Source: Planctomycetes bacterium UBA1146
Lineage (GTDB): Bacteria > Planctomycetota > UBA8108 > UBA1146
DNA: 46,852 nucleotides
Assembly (NCBI GenBank): GCA_963694575.1
Contig: CAVOEM010000002.1
Location: 1 to 46,852 of the forward strand
Direction of reading: 5' to 3'
The notes beneath the pieces were generated by a model. It had not been told where the DNA came from. It made no database searches and saw nothing but the letters and a program-made list of their open reading frames with translations. Shown here piece by piece: positions 17,447 through 26,152 of the stretch; the stretch's first letter is position 1; each line of letters opens with the position of its first letter. A program made the position numbers and the translations under genes.

Positions 17447-18910
17447 ATGCTACGAGTACCAGGTGATGATTGTTCCGATCTCTGTGATTCTGGACAGATC
17501 ACGCGCCGAGACCTGATGCGCATTGGCGGCGCCGGATTCCTGGGCTTGACGCTGGGCTCGGTCTTTGAGTTGCAGGCGATGGCCAGGGAGGCGGTCAAGA
17601 GTGCCCCAGGGTGGGCCAAGGCGAAGAGCATCATCATGGTCTACCTGCAGGGCGGACCGAGTCACATCGACCTGTGGGATCCGAAGGAAAACGTACCCGA
17701 AAACGTCAAGAGTGTGTTTGACACCATCCCGACGAAGATTCCTGGGGTTCACTTCACCGAGTTGCTCCCCAGGCTCGCCCAGATCAATGACAAGATGACG
17801 ATGATTCGCTCGATGAGTTACACACCCAAGGGCCTCTTCAACCACACCGCTGCGATCTATCAGATGATGACTGGATACACCACGGACAAGGTCAGTCCAT
17901 CGGGACAACTGGAGCCACCCAGTCCCAAGGACTTCCCCAATTTCGGTTCTCAACTGGTCAGAATGCGTCCACCGGAAGTGCCGATGCTTCCCTTCGTGAT
18001 GCTGCCGAGGCCACTTCAAGAGAGCAATGTGGTGGGTAAAGGGGGCACGGCAGGGTTCCTCGGAAAGTCCTATGATCCTTACAACCTGTATCCACCTGGG
18101 GACGATCTGAACATGACCAAGATGGACAAGATCAAGGTCGATGATCTCTCGATGGCTCCTGGTGTCTTCGCCCATCGGCTACAGAGACGCGCCAGGATCA
18201 GAGATGCCATCAACGATGCGATGCCAGAGATCGACAAGGCTGTGGAGGATTATCAACTCAACGATTATTACTCGAAGGCGATCAACCTGATCGTCTCCGG
18301 CAAGGCGCGTGAGGCATTTGATCTCGATCAAGAGCCGTTCAAGCTTCGAGAAAGATATGGCAGAAATACCTTCGGGCAGAGCTGCTTGCTGGCACGGAGA
18401 TTGGTCGAGGCTGGTACCCGTGTGGTCGAGGTGATCTGGCCCAAGGTCGCCAACTCTGATAATCATTCATGGGATGTGCATGTCGACCTGTCCAAGCGGA
18501 TGAAAACGCAATCGGCTCCGATGCTCGATTCAGGGCTAGCCACACTGATCGAGGACCTGGATGAGAGAGGAATGCTCGATGAGACGCTGGTAGTTGCGGT
18601 GGGTGAGTTTGGTCGCAGCCCTCAGCGCGGAGTCAGCACCTCCGGCAATGCCAACACCGATGATGGTCGAGATCACTGGCCCTACTGCTACACGGCGGTG
18701 ATGGCCGGCGCAGGGATCAAGCGCGGTTACGTCCACGGCGAATCAGATGAGACCGGTTCTGCGCCTCTGAGCGATCCAGTGCATCCAAAGCAACTGCTCG
18801 CGTCGATCTATCATTCCTTCGGCATCGAGCCGGATACGATGGTGCTCAACCACCTGAAGCAGCCGCGCGAGCTGGTCAAGGCAGAGGCGGTCGACGACTT
18901 CTTCAGCTAG
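17447..18910 (+). CDS. Tat-exported DUF1501 protein (sulfatase/alkaline-phosphatase-like fold)
   Basis: Tat signal [20 protein letters not shown]. Family blocks are [26 protein letters not shown] and GRDHWP. It starts 27 nt after the PSCyt/PSD gene, the usual pairing in Planctomycetes. Confidence 0.9.
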   Translation: MLRVPGDDCSDLCDSGQITRRDLMRIGGAGFLGLTLGSVFELQAMAREAVKSAPGWAKAKSIIMVYLQGGPSHIDLWDPKENVPENVKSVFDTIPTKIPGVHFTELLPRLAQINDKMTMIRSMSYTPKGLFNHTAAIYQMMTGYTTDKVSPSGQLEPPSPKDFPNFGSQLVRMRPPEVPMLPFVMLPRPLQESNVVGKGGTAGFLGKSYDPYNLYPPGDDLNMTKMDKIKVDDLSMAPGVFAHRLQRRARIRDAINDAMPEIDKAVEDYQLNDYYSKAINLIVSGKAREAFDLDQEPFKLRERYGRNTFGQSCLLARRLVEAGTRVVEVIWPKVANSDNHSWDVHVDLSKRMKTQSAPMLDSGLATLIEDLDERGMLDETLVVAVGEFGRSPQRGVSTSGNANTDDGRDHWPYCYTAVMAGAGIKRGYVHGESDETGSAPLSDPVHPKQLLASIYHSFGIEPDTMVLNHLKQPRELVKAEAVDDFFS

Positions 18911-18921
18911 CGAGGGGACTG

Positions 18922-19467
18922 CTAGTCGATTCTCGTCATGTTGAAGATGTGTGGGTCGCCTACCTCGCCATCCTGGAATGTGCGCCATCTGGTGGTGAGG
19001 TGATTCTCATCGGTGAAGATCCACTCCGCCTCCCCCATGTATAGATCGCTGGGGTCGAGTTGATTGGTCACATGATCGGTTACGAAGTACACGCTGTCCT
19101 TGGTGACCTCGCTGGCCTTCATGTGTGGTTGATTCTTGGCGGCACAGTAGTGCGTCATGAGAAGACGGTCTCCGTCGAGAAATATCACAGTACTCATCTC
19201 GAAGGGTGTGTCCTTGAAGACCGTCTCCACCACGGCACTGCCGTTGGCGATGGTGCGGTAATTGACGATGGATGGGGGAATGTCCGATGGATCGGGAACT
19301 GAGTTCCAGTCTCCTTCCAGTGCGCTGAATCGAGAAAACGCTTCAGCAGCGGACTCGGGTGAATACGAAATGCTGGGGGTCGTGGAACAACCCGCATGCA
19401 AGACCACCACACTCAAGAAGAGAATCGAAACAGGAGTTATCTTCATTTCAGTTCCTTTACTTTTCAT
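18922..19467 (-). CDS. Small secreted protein / probable lipoprotein, function unknown
   Basis: N-terminus MKSKGTEMKITPVSILFLSVVVLHAGCSTT (signal peptide with a near-canonical lipobox Cys). The conserved-looking block LLMTHYCAAKNQPHM recalls uncharacterised lipocalin-like proteins, but I cannot name the family. ATG 19446 is an alternative start. Confidence 0.6.
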   Translation of the reverse strand: MKSKGTEMKITPVSILFLSVVVLHAGCSTTPSISYSPESAAEAFSRFSALEGDWNSVPDPSDIPPSIVNYRTIANGSAVVETVFKDTPFEMSTVIFLDGDRLLMTHYCAAKNQPHMKASEVTKDSVYFVTDHVTNQLDPSDLYMGEAEWIFTDENHLTTRWRTFQDGEVGDPHIFNMTRID

Positions 19468-19513
19468 CTATGAACTCTCAACCAACTAAATCTTGTGAAT
19501 CGGATTCTCTTGT

Positions 19514-21277
19514 TCAGTTCTTTTTCCCGAACCGATCTAGTATCCAATTCGTCATCTTCTCCAGCACCTCCACGGAAATACTCTCCTCGATCTCGCCGTA
19601 TTCCGAAGGCACTCCAGTATTGCAGTGCTGGAACAGGTGATTCAAGTCAGGGAATTCGATCAATTCGTAATCATGATTCTGACCTCGTTTCAGCGCACCA
19701 CCGATCGCAGCGAGATTTTCCTTGCAAGGAACCTGTAGATCGAGGGAACCGTTGATCGCAAGCACCGGACAGCGGACCTTCTCAAGGATTGGAGCGGGGT
19801 CGTGGCGAACGAACCAGCGAAGCCAGGGGATCTCCAGCTCTGCAATCACCCTCGCAACCTCTGCATCTCCTGCTTCTCCATCGGGGAGATCAGGCGACTT
19901 GCGCACCAGTTCCTCAATTTTCGATCGAGTCACTTCTTTCGAGAGGTCATCTTCTCGTAGCAAGGCGAACAATTGTCGAGAGAGTTTCATCCCGCGGTCG
20001 ATCTTTTGCTGTTCGACACCGCTGGCACGAGTGATCAGTTCATTTTGTTTCATCAGCAATAGGTCTCCACGGATACCGGTACCGGCCATCAGGATGATGA
20101 AAGCAATATCCTGGTTCTTCACTGCAGCCAGCGGTGCGATCACCCCGCCTTCACTGTGTCCTATCAGGCCGATTTTGGAGCCAACGAATTCGGGGTGTTC
20201 TTTGAGAAATTTGAATCCACTCAGCACATCGCCGACATAGTCTTCTGTGGTGGCATTTTCAGGCTCGCTTCCGGAAGTAGTTTTCCCTACACCCCGATCA
20301 TCTACCCTCAGAACGGCGATCCCATTTCGAGTGAGGTGGTCGGCGATGACCAGGAAGGGGCGATGCTCGAAAATCATCGCGTCGCGGTCCTGGGAGCCCG
20401 AGCCGGTGATCAGCAGGACACAGGGGAAGGGTCCCTGACCCGGAGGAATCGTCAGGGTTCCCCCGAAGGTGATTCCTGCGGCCGGATTGGCGTAGGAGAC
20501 ATCTTCCGATCGATAGGGGAAGGGTGGTTCAGGTTGCTGGGGGCGGCGCAACTCGCTGAGTTGCTCCACTCTTGTCAGAGACATGTCGAACTTCGAGCGG
20601 CCTTGCAGGAAGTAGCCCTGGAGTTCATCTCCTGATCCGGAGAGATCCATTTCAAATCTCACGGATGCTTCACCGACACAGATTCGAACCCTTCGATCCT
20701 GCAGGAAGTCGACTCGGGTCACGGAGATCTGGGTCCGAGATTGGTCGGGGCTGACCATGAACCCGGCAAGTGAATTGTCCTCGGCGCGTTCGAGATGGAG
20801 GTGGATTCGTAGTTGGACGGCGCCCACCGGGAGTACACCTTCCCAGGAACCAGAGAGCGCCATGGCGATCTCAGCAGGCAGCGCTGGAAATGTATCTATT
20901 CTCTGGCAGTGGAGAGTTAGTTCGGCCCCGCGTTGTTTCCAGATGCCTTGCAACTCATCGCCCTTCGAAGTCAATTTCGCCTCGAACGCTGCGCCAGTGG
21001 CAGCGACCGAGATGATCACGCGACCATCTTCATCGATGGAGATTCCACTCAGAGGGAGCCCGAAGGAGTTTTGGGCGGGAGTATCGACGGTTCCTTCCCA
21101 GCCATCATCTGCCGAGGAGTAGATGTGGAAGATCAGTTCGATGGAGGCACCGTCAGGATCGATGATCCCGCGCCAGGCTCCGGAGAGTTCTTCAGCGGTG
21201 GTATCGGTTGCTGCAGAAAGGGAAGGGGCGATCTGCACCAGTGTAATACAGAGAATGATGGGGGTGATTTTCATCAT
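19514..21277 (-). CDS. Secreted alpha/beta-hydrolase (serine hydrolase/peptidase-like) with two N-terminal ~100-aa repeat domains
   Basis: ORF 19514..21358. I prefer the start at ATG 21277 because MMKITPIILCITLVQIAPSLSAAT is then an N-terminal signal peptide. The nucleophile elbow is LIGHSEGG, followed by Asp/His regions (INGSLDLQVP, DLNHLF). Two related N-terminal modules begin LSGAWRG and LSGSWEG, and each carries GDELQG. Confidence 0.8.
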   Translation of the reverse strand: MMKITPIILCITLVQIAPSLSAATDTTAEELSGAWRGIIDPDGASIELIFHIYSSADDGWEGTVDTPAQNSFGLPLSGISIDEDGRVIISVAATGAAFEAKLTSKGDELQGIWKQRGAELTLHCQRIDTFPALPAEIAMALSGSWEGVLPVGAVQLRIHLHLERAEDNSLAGFMVSPDQSRTQISVTRVDFLQDRRVRICVGEASVRFEMDLSGSGDELQGYFLQGRSKFDMSLTRVEQLSELRRPQQPEPPFPYRSEDVSYANPAAGITFGGTLTIPPGQGPFPCVLLITGSGSQDRDAMIFEHRPFLVIADHLTRNGIAVLRVDDRGVGKTTSGSEPENATTEDYVGDVLSGFKFLKEHPEFVGSKIGLIGHSEGGVIAPLAAVKNQDIAFIILMAGTGIRGDLLLMKQNELITRASGVEQQKIDRGMKLSRQLFALLREDDLSKEVTRSKIEELVRKSPDLPDGEAGDAEVARVIAELEIPWLRWFVRHDPAPILEKVRCPVLAINGSLDLQVPCKENLAAIGGALKRGQNHDYELIEFPDLNHLFQHCNTGVPSEYGEIEESISVEVLEKMTNWILDRFGKKN

Positions 21278-21333
21278 GAAGCGAATGATAGGGGTTGCAA
21301 CAGTGGCAAACAATCGCTGAGGGAGGAGGATCG

Positions 21334-22317
21334 CTAGAGGTTTGAGAACCGATTCCATTCCTTGTCGATCATTTCAGGAGTTACCGATCCCTCGAAGATG
21401 AGCAGTTGATGACGGAAGAAAAGATCCTCTCCAGGACCGATCAGAAGATCTCCTGATCCTGCGGATTTGTTCTCGAAATCGTGCTGACCGAAGGGATTGG
21501 CGGCGACCAGTCCGTAGGTTCGCGCGTGCCACCAGGTCGGGTGTCTCGGGTTATCCTCATGATCGAGTAATGCCACGGTGACCCGCTGGCCATTCACGGG
21601 GCCGGCGTAGGCAATCCAGCGAGCACGTTTTCCCCAGATCTGGCCGCACGACTGCCCGTTCGAATTGAAACTAGTTCCGGCGGCTACAGGTCCGTCGACA
21701 CGCAGGGTCGGGGCGAGTCGAAGGGCAAAGGTGCCCTCCTTCGTATCTCCGATTCTGACGGCCTCTTCACCACCGGGTTTCCATAGGCTCCAGATTTCAA
21801 TCCGGTGGAGGTGCTCCTCCACTCGAATGTCGTAAGTGCGTATTTCCTCGATGACTTTTTTATCCCCAGCCATCCAGTCCAGTTTGCCTGAGGCCACCAG
21901 GATTTGACCATCGTCGAGCAGGAAGGATGACCAATCACGGGGGACCTGCCGGGTCTCTTGTCCATGCCAGAAATCGTGTCCATCGATGGATCCATGGGCG
22001 ATCCAAACTCCGGCGTGATGCGGATGATCTTGCTGCTCGCCACTGGCAGCGGGTTCGATCGGATGGCGACGGAGAACCATCGAGCCCGAGGGTGAATGGA
22101 GCGGAAAAAGACAGGGACGCGACTGATCGAGTCTCAAGGTCGAGATGGGACCCTCTTCAGTGCGGATCACCAATTGATCCCTGGATTCGTTCCATTGCAT
22201 CTCGATGGGGGAGGTGGGGATCGGTGCTTCGGTGGCTTTGTTGGGCCCCCCAGAACATCCCAGGAGCGACCCCAACCCGAGGCCCAAGAGCAGTGGGGTG
22301 GCCAGGGCCCCTCTCAC
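21334..22317 (-). CDS. PmoA-family / DUF6807-like lipoprotein
   Basis: The GTG start overlaps the topA stop (GTGA). The signal/lipobox is LLLGLGLGSLLGCSGG. Blocks DHPHHAGVWIAHGSIDGHDFWHG, DTKEGTFALRLAP and NPRHPTWWHARTYGLVAANPFG match my recollection of this family, which is common in PVC genomes. Confidence 0.65.
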   Translation of the reverse strand: MRGALATPLLLGLGLGSLLGCSGGPNKATEAPIPTSPIEMQWNESRDQLVIRTEEGPISTLRLDQSRPCLFPLHSPSGSMVLRRHPIEPAASGEQQDHPHHAGVWIAHGSIDGHDFWHGQETRQVPRDWSSFLLDDGQILVASGKLDWMAGDKKVIEEIRTYDIRVEEHLHRIEIWSLWKPGGEEAVRIGDTKEGTFALRLAPTLRVDGPVAAGTSFNSNGQSCGQIWGKRARWIAYAGPVNGQRVTVALLDHEDNPRHPTWWHARTYGLVAANPFGQHDFENKSAGSGDLLIGPGEDLFFRHQLLIFEGSVTPEMIDKEWNRFSNL

Positions 22318-25001
22318 TCGCTGCTATTCTTCTTTGTGGTCTTCTTCGCAGTCTTCTTCTTTGTGGTCTTCTTCGTAGCTTTCTTCGCAGTCTTCTTCTT
22401 GGCGGTCTTCTTCTTGGCGGTCTTTTTCTTTGCGGTTTTCTTCTTGGTCTTCTTGCCCTTCTTGGCATCCCGCTCGCGCTTGTCGAGGATGCGTTGGGCT
22501 GCCTCGGAGGAGGAGATCTTCTGTGGATCCTGATCCTTGGCGAGAGTTGCATTGGTCTCGCCATCGGTGGCATACGGACCGAAGCGTCCGTCCTTGATCA
22601 TGATGGTGGCCCCTTCGAGCTCGATGACGTTCTCGAAGGTCTGGATCGGCGGTTTGGCTGCTGCTCGGCCTCGTTGCTTCGGCTGTGCCAGCAACGCCCG
22701 GCAGCGCTCTTCATCTACGGTGAATGGATCATCTCCCTCGGCAAGACTACGAGTTTCTTTAGCCGACTTGATATAGAGACCGTAGCGACCATTGAAGACT
22801 CGAATTTCTTCACCTTCGGCGGAGGTGCCACAGATACGACCCTCTTTCAACTGCAGCAGTTGAATCGCAATCTCGGTGGTGACATTTTGCGGCTCCATGT
22901 CCTTCAAGAGCGAAGCAAACTCGGGTTTCTCTTCCGACTCGGAATCTCCGCGCTGGATATAAGGGCCGAAGCGGCCGCTCTTGATGAAGATCGGCTTACC
23001 GGTGGCACTGCACTGCCCGATCGGTTCATCCTTGCGAGCTCCCGCTTCCATGATCTCGCTCATCTTGTTGAGGTCGAGATCATCGGGGCACAGTTCCTCG
23101 GGAATGTTGCCTCGCACCTCGCCTGCTTCGAGGTAGGGGCCGTATCGACCGACCCGGAGAATGACTTCCAGGTCACGGAACTTCCATGGATCTCCGGCTC
23201 CGAAGGGCATCGGGAAGCGGCAGATCTGGGAAGGGTCGATGGTTTCGAGGCCGGCCTCGAGGAGTCCTTCGAGTCCTTTCGATCCATTGCCAGACCAGAA
23301 GGCTTTCAGGTACTGCTGACCATTTCGCTCTCCCCTGGCGATCTGGTCGAGGTCGTCTTCCATCTGTTTGGTGAAACTGTATTCGACGATGTGAGCGAAG
23401 TGCTCCTCCATCAAGCGCACCACGGCAAAGGCGGTCCAGGTCGGGACCAGTGCCTTGTTCTTGCGAAAGGAGTAGGCCGCAGACTGGATCCTGTCGATGA
23501 TCGCGGCATAGGTACTGGGGCGACCGATGCCGCGTTTTTCCATCTCCTTGATCAACCCCGCCTCGGTGTAGCGTCCAATCGGCTGGGTTCGGTGCTCCTC
23601 TGGATTCAGTTCTGCTACCTCGACACGATCACCCACAGTCACCGAGGGGAGGATGGTCTCCTTGGTGCCAGCGGGATCGACCTTGAGGAATCCCGGATTG
23701 TCGATCACGGTGCCTCTCGCCTGATAGCGTGCCGCATCGGCATGCTCTTCCTCGACCTCGACGATGACGGTTCGGCCGGTCGCCGGTTTCATCTGGGTAG
23801 CCACGGTTCGCTTCCAGATCAGGTCGTAGAGGCGCCTCTCATCCTCACCGACCTTTTTCGCAACTTCTTCAGGATCGACGAAGTCAGCCGGGCGAATCGG
23901 TTCATGTTCACCGCCGGCACCCTCCGAAAGGGAATGGAAGTTCCTTGGTGCATGTTCATTCGCCCCGAAGCGCTGCTGGATCAGGTTCTCGATCGATTGC
24001 ATCGCTTCAGGGGCGAGCACGTAGTTGTCGGTGCGGACGTAGGTGATGAAGCCCTTCTGAAACAGCGCGCTAGCCGAGCGCATCGTCCGGGAAGGGGAAT
24101 ATCCGAGCCGATTACTCGCTTCTTGCTGGAGTCCACTGGTGATGAAAGGTATCGGTGGTTTACGAGAGTAGTGCTTCTCTTCGAGTGACGAGATGGAAAA
24201 GGTAGAGGAGTTGAATCGATCACGTAAGGCCTCGGCCTCGGGCCCATCGAGTACCCGACAACCTGCGGATTCCTTCTTCAACTGGCCGTCGTCGCCGAAA
24301 TCCTTGCTCTGCGCCACAGGCTGGCCGCCGAGTCCGAGCAACTTGGTTTCGATGGTCTCATCGGATCCAGTTCTGAAGACCGCATCGAGATCCCAGAAAA
24401 CTGCCGGGACGAAGAGCAGTCTCTCCTTTTCTCTGTCGACCAGCAGACGAATCGCCACGGTTTGAACGCGACCTGCAGACAAGCCCTGAGCCACCTTGCG
24501 CCACAACAGATTCGACACGGGGTAACCATACAATCGGTCGACCAGCCTTCTGGCTTCCTGTGCTTCGACCAGTTGGGTGTCCAGTTCCTCTGGCTCGGAG
24601 ATGGCCTTCTGCAGCGCACTTTTTGTGATTTGACCGAGGCGAAGACGTTTGATCGGCATACTCTTGGGAGGCTTGAGGACCTCGAGTAGATGCCAGGAGA
24701 TCGCCTCTCCCTCGCGGTCTGCGTCGGTGGCGAGATATAATTCATCCGCCAATTTCATCTGCTTTCGAATTGCATTGACGGTCGATCTCTTGTCCTCGTC
24801 GAGGATGTAGATCGCTTCGAAATCCTTGGTGATGCCGGTGACCACCTGGTTGTCCTTCAGTTCTGCTGGAACCTGACTGGCTTTCTGAGGGAGATCGCGA
24901 ATGTGACCGACGCTGGCCTCGACCACGTAATCTTCACCGAGATACTTCTCGATGGTCTTGGCCTTGGTCGGAGATTCCACGATCACGAGCCGTTTAGGCA
25001 T
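22314..25001 (-). CDS. topA: DNA topoisomerase I, with zinc-less C-terminal repeats and a lysine-rich tail
   Basis: Toprim N-terminus LVIVESPTKAKTIEKYLG, acidic TDADREGE and active-site Tyr context GFITYVRTDN. Four C-terminal GRYGPY-type repeats are present (VGRYGPYLEAGE, SGRFGPYIQRGD, NGRYGLYIKSAK, DGRFGPYATDGE), with no CxxC zinc ribbons. Confidence 0.95.
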   Translation of the reverse strand: MPKRLVIVESPTKAKTIEKYLGEDYVVEASVGHIRDLPQKASQVPAELKDNQVVTGITKDFEAIYILDEDKRSTVNAIRKQMKLADELYLATDADREGEAISWHLLEVLKPPKSMPIKRLRLGQITKSALQKAISEPEELDTQLVEAQEARRLVDRLYGYPVSNLLWRKVAQGLSAGRVQTVAIRLLVDREKERLLFVPAVFWDLDAVFRTGSDETIETKLLGLGGQPVAQSKDFGDDGQLKKESAGCRVLDGPEAEALRDRFNSSTFSISSLEEKHYSRKPPIPFITSGLQQEASNRLGYSPSRTMRSASALFQKGFITYVRTDNYVLAPEAMQSIENLIQQRFGANEHAPRNFHSLSEGAGGEHEPIRPADFVDPEEVAKKVGEDERRLYDLIWKRTVATQMKPATGRTVIVEVEEEHADAARYQARGTVIDNPGFLKVDPAGTKETILPSVTVGDRVEVAELNPEEHRTQPIGRYTEAGLIKEMEKRGIGRPSTYAAIIDRIQSAAYSFRKNKALVPTWTAFAVVRLMEEHFAHIVEYSFTKQMEDDLDQIARGERNGQQYLKAFWSGNGSKGLEGLLEAGLETIDPSQICRFPMPFGAGDPWKFRDLEVILRVGRYGPYLEAGEVRGNIPEELCPDDLDLNKMSEIMEAGARKDEPIGQCSATGKPIFIKSGRFGPYIQRGDSESEEKPEFASLLKDMEPQNVTTEIAIQLLQLKEGRICGTSAEGEEIRVFNGRYGLYIKSAKETRSLAEGDDPFTVDEERCRALLAQPKQRGRAAAKPPIQTFENVIELEGATIMIKDGRFGPYATDGETNATLAKDQDPQKISSSEAAQRILDKRERDAKKGKKTKKKTAKKKTAKKKTAKKKTAKKATKKTTKKKTAKKTTKKNSSE
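22317..22463 (-). repeat. Low-complexity Lys/Thr/Ala tail of TopA (KKGKKTKKKTAKKKTAKKKTAKKKTAKKATKKTTKKKTAKKTTKKNSSE), encoded by imperfect cttctt-rich repeats
   Basis: Read from the translation and from the DNA (reiterated ggcggtcttcttctt / gcagtcttcttc units). Confidence 0.9.
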
Positions 25002-25226
25002 GATGTTATCGGCCTCTCTCCACTGCCGGGCGCACGGCAGAGGGTGTTGTGGTTAACGGGTACACGGCAATGGGCTTCGGTTTCAACCCCTCTTTTTCGC
25101 TGGAGGGCAGATTTCGAAGGGTGGAAACCACTCCAATCATGGTCATGCTACCGATTGAGCCACTCCCGAGGCGACTGAGGAAATTTGTTCATGAATTGTC
25201 GGGATCTCCAGAAAGGGGCGATTCTC

Positions 25227-26042
25227 GTGCCAGAACTGCCTGAGGTGGAGACGACCCGCCGGGGGATTGCCGAGCAGATCCGTGGCTGCCGCATCGAGGA
25301 AGTGGTGGTTCGCAACTCTCGCCTGCGCCAGCAGGTTCCGGGGGATCTCGATGAGAGATTACGAGGATCCACCTTTCAGGAGACGAAGCGACGCGCCAAG
25401 TACCTGCTGCTGGAAACCACCGCGGGCGAATTGTTGATCCATCTCGGGATGTCCGGAAGCTTGAGAATCGTCGCCGAGGAGGAGCAACAGCGGACTCATG
25501 ATCATGTCATCTGGTTTCTCGAGGGTGGTCGACAGTTGCGCTATCACGATCCCCGTCGATTTGGATTGGTGACCTGGGCGGGAGATGATCCGAGCCAGCA
25601 CCCGTTACTGAGGGATCTTGGACCGGAGCCGCTCGAACAGGAGCAGTTGGGAGAGATCCTCTTTGACCGCTCGCGTGGAAGAAATCTTCGATTGAGGGAC
25701 TTCCTGCTCGATCCGAAGGTGGTCGCAGGTGTCGGTAACATCTATGCCAATGAGGCGGCGTGGCAGGCAGGGATCCGTCCCGATCGCCGCTGCGGACGCA
25801 TTTCTCTCCAGCGATACCAGCGGCTGGGTGAATCGATCCAGGATGTACTTTCGCGGGCCGTGATCCAGGGGGGCACCACCTTGAATGACTATGTCCAGCC
25901 GGATGGAGAACCGGGATATTTCCAGCATCACTTCGAGGTGTATGGGAGAGCGGGAGAGGCCTGTAGCCGCTGTGAAGGCTTGATCCGCCGGGTCGTGAAG
26001 GGCCAGCGATCGCTCTTTTTCTGCTCGGGGTACCAGAAGTAG
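25227..26042 (+). CDS. mutM: Formamidopyrimidine-DNA glycosylase (Fpg/MutM)
   Basis: ORF 25185..26042. I place the start at in-frame GTG 25227 so the protein begins (M)PELPEVETTRRGI, with the catalytic Pro at position 2. The H2TH region is GNIYANEAAWQAGIRPDR. The C-terminal zinc-finger region is CSRCEGLIRRVVKGQRSLFFCSGYQK. Confidence 0.9.
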   Translation: MPELPEVETTRRGIAEQIRGCRIEEVVVRNSRLRQQVPGDLDERLRGSTFQETKRRAKYLLLETTAGELLIHLGMSGSLRIVAEEEQQRTHDHVIWFLEGGRQLRYHDPRRFGLVTWAGDDPSQHPLLRDLGPEPLEQEQLGEILFDRSRGRNLRLRDFLLDPKVVAGVGNIYANEAAWQAGIRPDRRCGRISLQRYQRLGESIQDVLSRAVIQGGTTLNDYVQPDGEPGYFQHHFEVYGRAGEACSRCEGLIRRVVKGQRSLFFCSGYQK

Positions 26043-26152
26043 GATACCGTCCGGGTCCGCTTTCCCCGGCTCCAGCCAGATCCTAGAATCGGAGCATCTG
26101 GAGAATCAAAACTAGCCACTCCCCGGATGATCCGGGTTGTCAGGAGCGTTCA

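Noticed and set aside
21927-24188. 753-aa + strand ORF, the third-longest ORF in the track
   Set aside because: It lies entirely antisense to topA, which has unambiguous Toprim and active-site motifs. Its translation is low-complexity (LLRSLLLCGLLRSFLRSLLLGGLLLGG mirrors the Lys tail) and Arg/Gly/Leu-rich. It is a typical shadow ORF of GC-rich DNA.
26122-26136. 15-bp palindrome cccggatgatccggg 17 nt upstream of icd
   Set aside because: It could be an operator or a UTR hairpin, but it is a single short palindrome with no second copy and no cognate regulator. Chance occurrence cannot be excluded by eye.
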